Counted from the stretch's first letter, positions 26,253 through 40,382 are shown. The stretch: 64,000 nucleotides of DNA from Octopus vulgaris (GCA_951406725.2 OX597815.1:75020001-75084000); one strand, 5' to 3'. The notes: generated by a model not told the origin, from the letters alone. Numbers and translations: made by a program.

Positions 26253-27840
26253 CTGAAATGCAAGTTGAAACTTCAAAGTCACTGACAATGTAAGAATAGT
26301 GATTTCAAAGTGAGTTTAAACAAAGCTTCACTAAACTTACTTGGTTTATTTAGCCAAGAATATTGTCATCTCCAAGAAGAAAGATTATATCAGACGGCAA
26401 ATTCGATGCTATGAAATCATATACAAAACAAAAAGCAACAAAAAAAAAAAGAAAAAGAAATTTGCTATTTTCCAATTCAAGTCAAATTATGCACTGAGTA
26501 ATGTAAAGAGTTATTTCCCTTGTATAACTTGTTTTCTTTGAAACAAAGAAACCAGAGTCCAACGTTGTCTCAGAGATTGCTATGATTGTGGATTGGACTA
26601 TAAAGGAATTTTCACAAAGTATGGACATTAATTTGAAGAATGCAAAAGAAAAAAAAAGCTACATAAAAACAAGAAGCATTACCCAAAGGCAGTAGGTACC
26701 ATGTGAAAGTACCAATCTATCAATTTATTGCTTGGCAAAGGTAAATGAGGTTGTATGAAGCGATGTTTTGATGTATTTTCTATTCAATTAAATAAATAAT
26801 TTTTGTGTTAATCTTACAATAAATTCGTTATTCTCTGACTGCAGTGGTAAAGTCTCACTTAGAAATGATGTGCGATCTCTTTGATTTACATACACACGCA
26901 TACTTCAACATGTCAATTTGAGTTACGTCCTTTTCGACTTAGGAAATTGATGAAAACAAATAAACTTCAACTTCAATCGATTTATCCAGCTACATATCAG
27001 TCTCAGCAAACATTTAAAAGCATAAAAAATTTTTTTAAAAAGCCAAAAAACAAAAACTGAAGTGGAAAACCAAATTACATGTGAAAATAGATACAAACAA
27101 TTTTTTAAACAAATATAAGCTAATAAAATGTTTTTCCATGTGACCTCGCTTTTCAAGTTAAGTAGCATATCTTGGAACTAATAACTGATTGCAAGTTGAG
27201 GTATGTTTGCAATTAAAAAGAAACAAGAAAGATAGAAAAAACTATGTTGTTACATAGTTTTAGGCCAGCCCTCACAGAACAGATCCACAGTGGAGCTAGG
27301 TTTCTTGCAGATGTATTTAGAGTAAGTATGTAGAAGTGCTTGTACTCAGAGAATGGGAGAGAGAATGTGTGATTTAATTAGTACATATAGCTGTTTATGT
27401 TTTATGGAAGTTGTATCTTTATCTTTTACTAGTTTCAGTTATTGGACTGTAATCATGCTGGGGCAATGCCTCAATGGATTTTAATCAAATAAATCAACCT
27501 CAGTACTTATTTTTTTCAAGTCTGTCACATATTCTATTGGTCTCTTTTGAAAAACCACTAAGTTAGGCATTGATCAGGCTATAGTGGAAGACACTAGCAC
27601 AAGGTGTCATGCAGTAGAACAGAGAATGTGTCACTGCTGTACTCCATTCAGGAAATTAGAGATTCTGGAAGGGCAGCATTTGTACAGTACATACACTTGG
27701 TGTTTAACCAGTGCTTTTTGTGTTGATTGCTTAAGTGGGGTTAAGTATTTTTTTATTAACAGAAAAATGGGAATGGAGTTGAAAGCTTTCTTGATGTCAG
27801 TGGTAACCAGACTGGTATGTATATACATATATGTATATGG

Positions 27841-27884
<44 letters not shown>

Positions 27885-28644
27885 AACATCACCATCATCA
27901 TCAGGATTCAAATTTTGGCACAAGGTCAAAATTTTGGGAGAAGGAATAAGCTGATTACATTGACCCCAGTGCTCAACTGGTACCATTTTATTGACCCTGA
28001 AAGGATGAAAGGCATAGTTGACCTTGGTGGAATTTGAAGACAGATAAAATGCTGCCAAGCATTTTGTCCAGCTCACTGCTTCAATGCACTCACACACACA
28101 CACACACACAAATGTATATGTGTGTGTGTGTGTGTGTGTGCATTAAATGTTTTGCATTTTTATTTCAAAAGCTTTTATTTCTGGCTTACATTTTGAAAGC
28201 CTGTATGTTTAGCATAGTGTTGTTTCTGAGTCTATGAATATCATTTGTAATATCTATAAATGGAATGCAAGTTTTCATGTATATTATAAAAGCACTCCAT
28301 TGTGAAAAGGTTTGTTTAATCTGATCTGGGTAGAATTTTAGAATGGTGGTGGTGTGCTCTGATAGTAAGAATGCTTCCCAAATCATTAACACACGAATAC
28401 CATGGTAAAATCTTTGAGATTTTTAAAGTGTTTCTTAATCCGTAAGCACTGTATTGGAGAATTTTTTACTTTTTGTGTCATGGTTACAAAAATTGTTTAT
28501 GTATATAAAATGATTATTTTTAAATGTATTCTAAATAGAGCAGTGATGTTGGGAAGGGAGATAACAACGACATTTCCTAGTTTTATCATTGCTGTCGCTG
28601 CTACAGTTATTGTTATAATAATAATAATAATAATAATAATAAAA

Positions 28645-29220
28645 CCTTTCTACTAAAGGCACAAAGCTGGAAATTGAGGGGGAAGGGTAAAGTCAATTGC
28701 ATCAACCCTAAGTGTTCAACTGGTACTTATTTCATCAATCCTGAAAAAATGAAAGGCACAGTTGACCTGAGTGGTATTTAAACTCAGAACGTGAAGACGG
28801 ATGAAATAATAATAATAATCCCTTCTACTATAGGGCACAAGGCCTGAAATTTTTGGGGAGGGGATGCTAATTAATAACATCAATCCCAGTGCTCAACTGG
28901 TGCTTTTTTTTATCAACCCCAAAAGGATTAAAGACGAAGTCAACATTGACAGAATTAGAACTTAGAATGTAAAGATGGATGAAGTGATGATGATAATAAT
29001 AATAATAATAATAATGGTTTCAATTTCAGGTGCAAGGTCAGCAATTTTGAGTGGAAGGGATTAGTTGATTACATCAACCCCAGTACTTGGCTAGTACTTT
29101 ATTTTTTTGACCCCTGGTAGGATGAAAGGCAACAATGAAATCATTAGAATGTAAAGTGTCAGAGGAAATACCACAAAGTATTTTTCTGACACTCTAATGA
29201 TTCTGAGATCTTGTCTCCTA
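28645..29220 (-). mobile_element. Cluster of three SINE copies separated by (TAA)n
   Basis: Repeated GGCACAAGG..GAAATT / CAACTGGTACTT / GATGAAAGGC blocks. Confidence 0.65.
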
Positions 29221-29240
29221 ATAATGATAATAATCATAAT

Positions 29241-29772
29241 GTCCTGATGCAGTGCCAGGCAGTGACTCTCATGGTTTCTGATCTTAACTGATTGGATGTG
29301 TGATCATGTACATGTTTTGTCTTGGTATGAAAAATGGGCTACAGCAAATATTCTGCTCAATACTACAGATAGGCTTGTCAGTTGCTTGAACATAACCAGT
29401 TGAACATGTCCCTTAATGGCTGACAATATGAGCATCTCTGATCATGAGCAGAAGTAGTGGGGAGCAATTCTTTGGGGTTTGAATAATTCAGCTCTAGAAA
29501 CAGATGTTTTGTTCATTATCTTTAAACAAACCTTATTCAGGGACATTTTCAGTGGAATGGGCTACTCAACCTGAAGGAAATTCTAACTGGGCCCCACCTG
29601 CAAAGTCATGTGCTGTTTATCTTGATATGCAATCACCATGTCGTGCACATATGGTTGTGATGCATGTGACTGGTGTACCCTTATCAGTTGGGTAGTAATG
29701 ATGAGTATACTGGGCTTCATATATTTGTACTCCAGTGTCACTTTGATGGCATGTATAGCTCACTCGCTCAAT
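29241..29772. repeat. ~540-bp interspersed repeat next to TAA-rich sequence (copy 1)
   Basis: Collinear with 39136-39690 (CCTGATGCAGT.CCAGGCAGTG...GTCACTTTGATGGCATG). Confidence 0.85.
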
Positions 29773-29848
29773 AACAGTAAATAGTGGTGGTGGTAGTAGT
29801 AGTTAGTACAAAATGAAGAGAAAACAAAAGATACAGAAAAATACTTAC

Positions 29849-30004
29849 TGCACCATTAGGCATTCCTAAGAATGGTGGCATCCAGGGATTTGAACTGCTT
29901 TTGTCACAATTTTTACCTTTAGCTGATTTGTTTTTACCAGATCGCCTTTTGTGACTTTTCTGTGATTGTGCTGGTTCATTGTGGTAACATTTGCTGGAAT
30001 CCAT
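29849..30004 (-). CDS. SMN: SMN exon 5 (MDSSKC...NPWMPPFLGMPNGA)
   Basis: TTTAG acceptor and GTAAGT donor; 156 nt, phase 0, open; S/K-rich then W/P-rich like vertebrate exon 4. Confidence 0.82.
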
Positions 30005-30404
30005 CTAAAATTTTAATATATAAGAATGCTAATTAAAATAGATGCAAATAAGCATTCCTTACTGTCATCCATCATTCTTCTCTTCCTAATTCCATACCTT
30101 TTACCTCCTACCTATTTCACCCAATTTCTCACTCTTACCACTTTCTGTCTACATATGAAGCTCCCCTGGTCCTGCATTCCCAATAAGTTACAACCAGTTT
30201 TTTTAACTTAGAGCGTGTAAGATGCTGCTGTCTCTCTTTAATTTCACTCCTGTTAATTCTTCCCAAGGAAAGATTTTATTTAAGACGTTTGACTTTCCAT
30301 TTCCCACAGCAACTTTACTGTACTATTTTTATCACTTTTACTAAATAATACAAGTCTGGCTGATGCAGACCAATAACAGTCTCTTTGGATTCTATTTGAT
30401 TGTA

Positions 30405-30621
30405 CACAGGGGTTCTGAAAAGTTCCTGACTTTGGTTAAAAGAAAATACAGGAGGATCAGTTAATTATGATTTTATTCAACATATTCCCTTCTCAGATTC
30501 ACACGTTTATTGGAGTGGCCCTTCAGTATTTCTAAGCCCTGTAAAAGAACTTGGAAGGTTGGGCCTCCATCCAGGCCTTTCACAATACCCTTAAAGCCAG
30601 GAACTTTTCAGAACTCCCTTG
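30405..30621. mobile_element. Mariner-derived MITE
   Basis: TIRs ..GGTTCTGAAAAGTTCCTGACTTT / AAAGCCAGGAACTTTTCAGAACTCCC with TA flanks. Confidence 0.8.
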
Positions 30622-30947
30622 TATATGCTCTCTTACTGCTGATCATACAGCAAGCCACCAATAGCTCTCTCTCCTTTACCTGGGCTGCTGCCTTTGATCA
30701 CAGGTTTGCTGAATCAAGTGACAGGGATTCCATGACAACAACAGATTAAACAATAAAAACTAATTGACTAATTGATAAAACTCACAATAAGATACACTAA
30801 TTGTGTGAAGAATGAGAATCATCACAATAATCAGTGATTTTTAGTTGTTATTGTTTTAAGGATGTAATCCAGACAAATCTGAAAAACAAAAGTTAATAAA
30901 ATCAGGACTCTAAGTAATGGATGTTGAAATAAATAAATTAAATATAC

Positions 30948-31136
30948 CTGAGCATCTGAAGTGAAAGATTTGGAATCAGGTAAAAGCAGGTCACATAACT
31001 GTTGCTGTTCTTCATTGCCATAACCAGAGTAGCGGACAAAACAAGTATCATCTTCATAGTTGATTGATATTATTTTGGCTTCATAAAGTAAACAGTCTTC
31101 TGTGTAGGTAGCCAGGCACTCATCTCCAACTTTCCA
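30948..31136 (-). CDS. SMN: SMN exon 4, Tudor domain (WKVGDECLATYTEDCLLYEAKI...YSGYGNEE...DLL)
   Basis: CAG/GT boundaries; 189 nt; WKVGD.C.A...ED...Y.A.I...Y.GYGN.E Tudor signature of SMN. Confidence 0.96.
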
Positions 31137-33221
31137 CTGAAGGACAACAACATACCAGAAAATAACCAAATTATTATTTGCAGCATTATACATAATTATA
31201 TACATGTACACTGAGGCATGCCTCAACATAAGTGTTAATAGCACATGCATGCACTTCATACATCTTTCTTGCATTATACTGTGTTGTACATACATAACTC
31301 GTGTTTTGTCATAGATGTGAGAAGAGATAATACTACAATCACGATCATTTCTTGCAAAACAAAATTACAAATAGCACACATGTTCAGCCAGTCTATTTCT
31401 CAGACCATTAACTCATATAATTATAATTGTTTCCAGTAGTGGTACAAAGCCTGACATTTTCTTTTAGTTGATTCTGTCAACTTTAGTATGTGACTAGTAC
31501 TTCAATGACCCCCAAAAGAATGAACGGCAAAACTGATCTTGGTCCTTATGAGTTTGCTCAATCTACTAGAAATAGCAGTCAAAGCTGTACACAAAACACA
31601 GTCCACCATCTTAAAAATGGAAGAAAACATTGGATAACATAATCTTAGATAAACCATGCCTGCCTGCCTCTCTGTCCGTATGTTAAACATTAACTCATAA
31701 TTATTTCCAACATAGGTACAAGGCATTGGTGTGTGATTAAGAAATTTGCTTTCCTTGCTTTAAAATGATCAAAATTAAAACCTTTCATCATGGTGATTTA
31801 TGTTCCAAAACCTGATTTTTAACAACAAAATTATTTTCCTAAATCTCCATTATTTCCAAAATTAATTGAGACAAAGTCAGCATATTTCAACAATGTATGG
31901 TAAGAAAAAGGTTGAGACTGATAATTTTTGATGAATATTTGAACAATCTTATTGATAAATAAACTATCAATAATAACTTGAATTTGTTGATTTACTATTT
32001 TCTAACATTTACTAAAAAGTAAAGTAAGTAATAGTCCTTATTATTAAAAAGAATTCTTTTACTTTTAATTCTGCTTCATTCTGTCTTTCCAGTTTTACTT
32101 CTCATCTTAACTCTCAAGTTTAATGTCACTTTTTTTTATTCTAACGACAGTTCATTATTGTTTCATTCTTTTACTTGTTTCAGTCATTTTGACTGCAACC
32201 ATCCTGCACAGCACCGGCTTGAAGGGTTTTAGTTGAATGAATCGATCCCAGGTCTTAGTTTTTAAACCGAGTGCTTATTCTATAAGTTTCTTTTGCCGAA
32301 CTTCTAAGTTATGGGGGATGTAAACTCACCAACATGGGGACAAACACAGACATAAAGACACACACACATGCATATATATATAGTGTTATTATGTTAAACT
32401 GTCGTATGTCCAAATTTGGCCAAATGTGTTTTGTTCAATATTTATTTTTGCTTGCAATAGCTGGTTCTTTTGGTCAAACTATAGTATCTCCAGCTGCTTC
32501 AGATACCAAGATATGAAAATTGTCAAAGTGTAGTGCAACGGTTTAGCATTTTTCAAAAGTGTAGTAAGTCCCACATATGACAGTTTTGCAAAAACATTTC
32601 TGACTGAAAATATCATACATGCATGGAATTACGATTTTATGCACCCAACAAAGGATTATTAAGCTGACACTGTTGCTAATGTAAAAAGAAATGGAATGGT
32701 GAAACTATTTTTTTTGTTTTCTTAAAAAGTAACGTTTTGGACTTATGGCACTTTTGCATAATAGCAATGATATACAACAGGCTTCTACCAAATCCACTCA
32801 CAAGGCTTTGGTTGGCCTGAGGCTATAGTAGATGACACTTGCCCAAGGTGTCATGCAGTGGGACTGAACCTGGAACTGTGTGGTTGGGAAGCAATCTTCT
32901 TACCACACAGCCATGCCTGCACCTGTATAGATAGTTAATATACGAATTTTAGAATTTTCAAAAAACCATCTTGTTTATATCATCACCATAATCAGTTAAT
33001 GTCTGTTTTTTTTTCTATGCTGAAATGAGTTGGACAGTTCAACAAGATCTGGCAAGTTATTGGACTGTGTTAAGCTCAAATGCTTGCTTTGGCATGGTTT
33101 CTGCTAGTATTGGTGAAATACTAGCAGAGAAAGATAATAAATAAAGATAAATGACAAAAATAAACAAACACTGTCAGCCTTGAGTCAAATGATGAAAACC
33201 AATCATTTAAAAATTTTTTAC

Positions 33222-33332
33222 CTTGCATTTATTTTTCTTCTTTGTTTGTTTTTTGCTTTTTCTACTTTGTTGACAATTTACATTCTCATTAGTTGGGCTT
33301 TGCTCAGAGTCCATTTTATCATCAAGTTGTGC
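33222..33332 (-). CDS. SMN: SMN exon 3 (lysine-rich, AQLDDK...KKKNKCK)
   Basis: TTTCAG acceptor and GTAAAA donor; 111 nt, phase 0; basic segment like vertebrate exon 2b. Confidence 0.85.
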
Positions 33333-33556
33333 CTGAAACATCAATTTAATCAACAAATCACTATCTATCAAATCAACACCAGAATGATCATACACATACA
33401 TGAAAAAAAACCCCCAAAAATCCCAAACAATAAACTCAAGACAAGAACATATACAGATGTCATATTTTACTCAACATGGTCAATCAATGCATATTGCAAT
33501 GATTATGCAAAACAGCAATGTCATGAGAAAAGAAACTGAAAATATAATTTACAGAC

Positions 33557-33631
33557 CTTTATGTTATCAACTGCATTGTCATAAGCTTTAATAAGTGCTG
33601 TATCATCCCAGATATCAGAATCATCTGTGTC
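33557..33631 (-). CDS. SMN: SMN exon 2 (DTDDSDIWDDTALIKAYDNAVDNIK), Gemin2-binding motif
   Basis: CAG/GT boundaries; 75 nt; DDSDIWDDTALIKAYD is the diagnostic SMN N-terminal motif. Confidence 0.97.
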
Positions 33632-34104
33632 CTGTGAATGAAAAATTATGGAGTGAGAATAAACTATTTCAATATAATAACTATGGGCTCATGTATTAAA
33701 TAAATGAGTAAATTTGATAGTAGAAAGAAGTGTACAAAGCCCATTGATCCTTGAGACACATCTATCAAATGTTAAGAGTTTCATCTGTGGGTCTCTTGTT
33801 TTTGTTTGGTCTCAAATTAGCACTTTACATGTCTATCTTTTATCTCTTAACTTGTTTGAGTTATTAGACTGTGAGTATGCTGGTGTTCCACCTTGAAGAA
33901 TTTTAGCCCAACAGACAACCCCAATACTTATTTTTTTTAACTGGCACTCAATCTATCAATCTTTTTTGCCAAACCATGAAGTTATGGCAACATAAACACA
34001 CCAACACCAGTTATCAAACAGTGGTAGGGGACAAACACAGACACACATATATATATATATATACATACATGTATATATATATTTTTTCCTTTTTTATTTT
34101 ATTT

Positions 34105-34486
34105 TTATTTGTTTCAGTTATTTGACTGCGGCTATGCTGGAGCACCGCCTTCAGTCGAACAAATCAACTCCAGGATTTATTCTTTGTAAGCCTAGTACTT
34201 AAACTATTTGTCTCTTTTGCTGAACTGCTAAGTTATGGGGACGTAAATACACCAAAATTGGTTGTCAAGCAATGGTTGGAGGACAAAGACAACACAAACA
34301 TATATATATATATATATATATATACACGATAGGCTTGTTTCAGTTTCCATCAACCAAATCCAATCATAAGTCTTTGGTCGGCCGGAAGTTATAGTAGAAG
34401 ACACTTGCGCAAGGTGCGACACAGTGGGACTGAACCCAGAACCATGTGGCTGGTAAGCAAGATACTTACCATACAGCCACTCTTGC
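34105..34486 (-). mobile_element. tRNA-derived SINE (second family) with an internal (TA)n
   Basis: On -: GTGGCTGTATGGTAAG...GGTTCAGTCCCAC (A/B-box-like). Related copies lie near 19250, 19790, 24890, 27425, 32170, 32790, 33850 and 59615. Confidence 0.75.
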
Positions 34487-34562
34487 ACTTATATAACCAC
34501 TCCTGCACCAATATATGTGTGTATATATATATATAAAAACATATATACATACACACACACAC

Positions 34563-36765
34563 ATCATCGTTTAACATCTGCTTTCCATGCTAGCATGGGT
34601 TGGACGATTTGACTGAGGACTTGCGAACCAGATGGCTGCATCAGGCTCCAATCTTGATCTGGCAGAGTTTCTACAGCTGGATGCCCTTCCTAACGCCAGC
34701 CACTCTGAGAGTGTAGTGGGTGCTTATATGTGCCACCAGGACAAGGGCCAGTTTGGTGGAACTGGCAACAGCCACGCTCAAATGTTGTTTTTTATGTGCC
34801 ACCTGCACAGGAGTCATTCCAGCGGCCCTGGCAACGACCTCGCTTGAATGTTTTGTTCACATGCCAGTAAGGCGATGCTGGTAACGATCACGCTCAAATG
34901 GTGCCTTTTACGTGCCACCGGTATGGAACTCAGACAGCTGCTCTAGCAGTTATCCAGCTCGGATGGAGCTGTTAGCACTCCACTGGCATGGGTGCCAGTC
35001 ATCGAATTTGGTTCAATTTCGATTCCGATTTCACTTGCCCCTACAGGTCTTCGCAAGCAGAGTTTAGTGTCCAATGAATGGAGGTTGGCATGGGTGCCAG
35101 TCGTCGAATTTGGTTCGATTTCACTTGCCTCAACAGTTCTTCGCAAGCAGAGTTTTGTGTCCAAAGAAGGAAAGGTATGCATAAGTGGGCTGGCTACATC
35201 CCTGGAAAGGCCATTGATTATGGTCTCACTTGTCCTGTCGGGTCTTCTCATGCACAGCATATTTCCCAAGGTCTCGGTCACTAGTCGTTGCCTTGGTGAG
35301 GCCTAATGTTTGAAGGTCATGCTTCATCACCTTATCCCAGGTTTTCCTGGGTCTACCTCAACCACTTTTTCACACAGCTATCTTCATACATTCTCGCCAC
35401 ATGACCATACCAGCGCAATCGTCTCTCTTGCACACCACATCTGATGCTTCTTAGGTCCAACTTTTCTCTCAAGGTACTTAGACTCTGTTGAGTATGCACA
35501 CTGACATTACACATTCATTGGAGCATACTGGCTTCATTCCTTGTGAGCTTACGCATGTCCTCAGCAGTCATGGTCCATGTTTCACTGCCATGTAGCATGG
35601 CTGTTCATACACATGCGTCATACAGCCTACCTTTTACTCTAAGCGAGAGGCCCTTTATCGCCAGCAGAGGTAAGAGCTCTCTGAACTTTGCCCAGGCTAT
35701 TCTAGCAGCTACACTTTCAGCACACCCGCCCCCGCTACTGACTTAGGTAATGGAAGCTATCAACTACTTCTATTTTTTCTCCCTGGAATGTAGCGGAAGT
35801 TGTTCTCTACACATTTTCAGTGTTTATTGCTCCTGAGCATCTGCCACATACAAAAACTATCTTCCTAGTTAGCCTTCCTTTGACATTGCTGCATCTCTTA
35901 TGCGTCCATAGCTTACACTGGGTACATCTTATGGAGTTTCTACCTACGCCTTTTCTACGGATCGAGCAGGGCCATCTACCTGAAGGGATTTGTGGTTTGC
36001 CTGCCCTCCTACTTATTAGGACTTTGGTTTTAGCCAGGTTAACTCTAAGGCCCTTCGATTCTAATCCTTGCTTCTACACCTGAAACTTCTCCTCTAGTTG
36101 ATAGTGACTCAGCAATTAGAGCAAGGTCATCAGCATAGAGGAGCTCCCAGGGGCATCCTGTCTTGAATTCTTGTTATTGCCTGGAGAACTATGATAAATA
36201 GGAGGGGGCTGAGGACTCACTGTACTTGTTGCCAACCCTCACCTTACTGACGGCGTCCCTGTACATGGCTTGCACAGCTCTCACTAACCATTCATCTATC
36301 CCTAGTTTCCTCATTGACCACCAGATAAGGGATCGGGGGACCCTGTCAAAGGCTTTCTCCATGTCAACAGAGGTTTATCTTTGGCTAGGTATTTCTCCTG
36401 CAGCTGTCTTACCAGAAATATAGCATCAGTGGTGCTTTTCCCTGGCACGAACCTAAACTGCATCTCATCTAAACTGACTCTCTCTCTAATTAGTTGGGCT
36501 ATGATCCTCTGCGTGACCTTCATTACTTGATCCAACAACGTGATAACTCTGTAATTATTTGTATCTAAAGCGTCACCTTTACCTTTGTGGCAGTTGACTA
36601 TGGTCCTGCTACACCAGTCATTGGGTATGACTCCTTCATGTATCACCTGGTTAACTATACGGGTGACTAGGCTATAGCTGACACTGCCAGATATTTTGAG
36701 CATCTCTGCAGTGATTCCTGATGGGTCGGGGGCTTTTCCTGCCTTCATACTCTTGACTGCTTTAT
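34563..36765 (-). mobile_element. 5'-truncated RTE-clade LINE in SMN intron 1
   Basis: KAGKAPDPSG...QFRFVPGKSTTDAIFLVRQLQEK, ELLYADDLALIA and RRLRWYGHV motifs; 3' UTR ends in the (GAT)n tail family. Confidence 0.92.
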
Positions 36766-36795
36766 CTACACACATATGTACATATACACATATAT

Positions 36796-36826
<31 letters not shown>

Positions 36827-38484
36827 CACACACACATATATATATACACATATACACACACATATGCATACCCATATATATACACACACACATATATACA
36901 TACCCATAAATACACACACACATATATATATATATGTAAACACATACATCTTGGTATGCCTAAGCAAAATATTAAAAAATATATAGATATATATATACAC
37001 ACACACAATTACATACATTTATATACATAAATACATATATATACAAACACAAATAAATATATTCGTCATATGTAATGATTGTGACTTTGTCCTGTTAAAA
37101 GAGACAAGATAGGCGTGATTCCATTGTAGAATATTTTCGAAGTCTCTGTTCATGGAGTCAGGGTAGGTCTTTTGGAAGCAACATTTATAGACATAAATAT
37201 CCCATTTTGGAACTGACAGATACATTCCAGTACAAATGACTTTTTCAGGCAACCTAGTTAAGGCCAGGCACAAGGACCTACCAAAGCTAATGCGAGCATT
37301 TGTTCCCCATTAACTTCGGTTGGATCTCACTTTCATGTTGTGCACGTCTCTGCCAATAATAACACGAATGAAGTTGAATAATCTTCGCCCTTTATTAGGA
37401 TGATGATGTCTCCAAAATATATCATTTAGTGTGAACTGTTGTTCAGCTCAATAGCAGTAACCAAATGTAATACCATGCACTCTTATGTCACTTAAGCAAG
37501 ACTTTGGTAGATGCTTACTCCACCAAGACCACAATTCCTGTGCATAGATATACAACATTGTATCAAATTTATCGTCTGGTTATACTGCATAAGAAAACCA
37601 AACGGATTTTCTAGATTAGCATGTACCGGAGAGTCTTTTTTTTTTAGCATAAACCCAAAAACATTTTCAGCATATCTGATACTTATTCCCGACGGTTAGA
37701 CTAGCTGAGGTATGAAGAACTAAGCAACCAGCACAAAAACCCAACAGAATGTTTAAATTTACGATACATGAGCTGGTTGCTGATCCAGTGTTTTATCCAT
37801 GTAACTATTTCAATTGTTCTCTATGGATATGGTGAGAAAACTAAAATGAATGAATATATTTTACGACGAACAATATAACAATTCAGTTAACATGATGTTA
37901 ATAAAGGTTTGAGTGATCGTTAATTATGTTACGGAGCTGATCTGATGATGCATAAATGAAACATAGTTTATTAAGTAGTGTGTGGAAACAATCATGTCAA
38001 AGAAACAGTTTAACTTCAATAAAACTGTTATCAAATATTCAGATTAAAGAATCGCACGTGAAGTTTACAAACTAAACATTGGTTTCAAATTTTGGCACAA
38101 GTAAGCCTATACACAGTTTGTTACAGTACCTGACCTCGTTGGAATACAAGGTAACCATTAGTTTCTGACATAATTTAAATCTGAAATAAAATTTTTACAG
38201 TTTTCAGATGTACGGTTCGTAAATTTCAAATATTGTATTCATCATGCGGTGCCCGGTGTAAACATATCCCCACTTAACAAACTTCCATTTATTATTAGAG
38301 GAGGCATAAATAAATTGTAAGATTATCATATTTTATATTCTATTAATATTACAGCATATTCACGAAAATATGAATAATAATAATAATAGTAGATCACATT
38401 ATAACAACTACATCAGTTTCTTACATATTAAATAAAGATTCTTTCTATTCTCCTGTGATTATTTACTGCAAGAATGTAATTTAC

Positions 38485-38508
38485 CGTAAACAAGTTTGCT
38501 TCAGCCAT
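38485..38508 (-). CDS. SMN: SMN coding exon 1 (MAEANLFT)
   Basis: ATG GCT GAA GCA AAC TTG TTT ACG then GTAAAT donor; 24 nt, phase 0, joins in frame to DTDDSDIWDD. Confidence 0.7.
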
Positions 38509-38720
38509 ATAAAAAAATAAAAGAGAGAGAGAGAGATAAGTAAATGAAGATATTCAATAAATAAATAATAAATAAATAAGTAATAAATATAAATATTTAC
38601 AGAGAGCTGATGTCGCTGTAGGGCATACAATTCAAGAGTTATTTTCATTCAAAGGCGGTACAACTAAATTTAGCTGATTAATTTTTTTAGCTCTCGCACA
38701 CACACATAGACGCGTGTTTC

Positions 38721-38722
<2 letters not shown>

Positions 38723-38816
<94 letters not shown>

Positions 38817-38823
38817 CATACAT

Positions 38824-38858
<35 letters not shown>
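38723..38858. repeat. Compound (TA)n/(CATA)n/(CA)n microsatellite just upstream of SMN exon 1
   Basis: Directly visible. Confidence 0.95.
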
Positions 38859-39057
38859 TTAATGATTGTTGTTGGGTCAAGTTATAATTGCACTTTTACA
38901 TTAAACTGGAGGGATTACTCAATGCGTATTGTAGAGTACATATTTGATAAGAATAGTAATGACAGTGACTTCGAACTTTCAACCTGCTAAGCCGTCATCG
39001 ATGATAGCAGAACGAAACTTCGAAGTCACTGACAATACTATACGCCTATGCTTGTCA

Positions 39058-39124
<67 letters not shown>

Positions 39125-39135
39125 GTAATAATAAT

Positions 39136-39690
39136 GCCCTGATGCAGTACCAGGCAGTGGCTCTCATGACTTTTGATCTTAACTGATTGGAAGTGTTATC
39201 ATGTACATTGTTTTGTCTTGGTATAAAAGATGAGCTACAGCAAATATTCTGCTCAATACCACAGATTTGCTTGTTGGTTGTTTGACCATAACCAGTTGAG
39301 CATGTCCCTTAGTGGCTGACAATATGCGCTTCTCTGACCACGAGCAGAAGTAGTCGGGGAGCATCATTGCCATGTGTTGAGAGGGATTCTTTGGGGTTTG
39401 AATAATTCACCTCTGGAAACATGGGTGTTTCGTTCAATATCCTTAAACAATCCTTATTCAGGGACCTTTTGAGAGGGATGGGTTACTCGACCAGAAGAAC
39501 ATTCTAACTGGGCCCCACCTGCAAGGTCATGTGCTGTTTATCTTGATATGAGATCACCATGTCGCTCACATATGGTTGTCATGCATGTGCCTAGTGTACC
39601 CTTATCAGACGGGTAGTCATGATGAGTATACTGGGCTTCATATATTTTACCCCAGCGTCACTTTGATGGCATGCACTGCTCTCTCACTCA
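39136..39690. repeat. ~550-bp interspersed repeat flanked on both sides by (TAA)n (copy 2)
   Basis: (AAT)n at 39058-39135 and 39690-39720; homologous to 29241-29772. Confidence 0.85.
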
Positions 39691-39721
39691 ATAATAATAA
39701 TTTAATAATACTAATAATAAT

Positions 39722-40136
39722 CATTTTGCCACAAAGGCAGCAATTTGTAGGGTGGGGATGAATCGATTACATCGATCCTCGTGTTCAACCGGTACTTATA
39801 TTACCAATACCGAAAGGATGAAAGACAAAGTCGACCTCGGCGGAATTTGAACTCAGAACCTATTGACGGGCGAAATGTCGTTAAGCCCGGTGCACTAACG
39901 AGTCTACCAGCTCACCACCCTAATAATAATCCTTTCTACTAATAGGCACAAGGCCTGAAATTTTGGGGGAGGGGTAAGTCGATTACATCTACTCCCGTGT
40001 TTGACTGGTACTTAATTTATCGACCCCCTAAGAGATGAAAAGCGAAGTCGATCTCGGCGGAATTTGAACTCAGAATGTAAAGACGGACTAAATGCTGCTT
40101 GTCCAGCCTGCTAACGAATTCTGTCAGCTCGCCGCC

Positions 40137-40216
<80 letters not shown>

Positions 40217-40382
40217 CCTTTCTATTATCGGCACAAGGCCTGAAATTTTGGAGGAGGGAACTTGTAAATTATATTACCAGTGTTTTACTGGTACTTAATT
40301 TATCGATCCCAAAAGGATGAAAGGCAAAGTCGACCTCGGCGGAATTTGAACTCAGATCGTAAAGACGGGCGAAATACCGCTA
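39722..40382 (-). mobile_element. Three tandem tRNA-SINE copies
   Basis: GTCGA[C/T]CTCGGCGGAATTTGAACTCAGA occurs three times, separated by (TAA)n/(TGA)n. Confidence 0.8.

Noticed and set aside
37019-37273. 84-aa minus-strand ORF as an extra SMN exon
   Set aside because: MNRDFENILQW...LVSFNRTKSQ resembles a decayed LINE RT segment, and exon 1 already joins exon 2 in frame.
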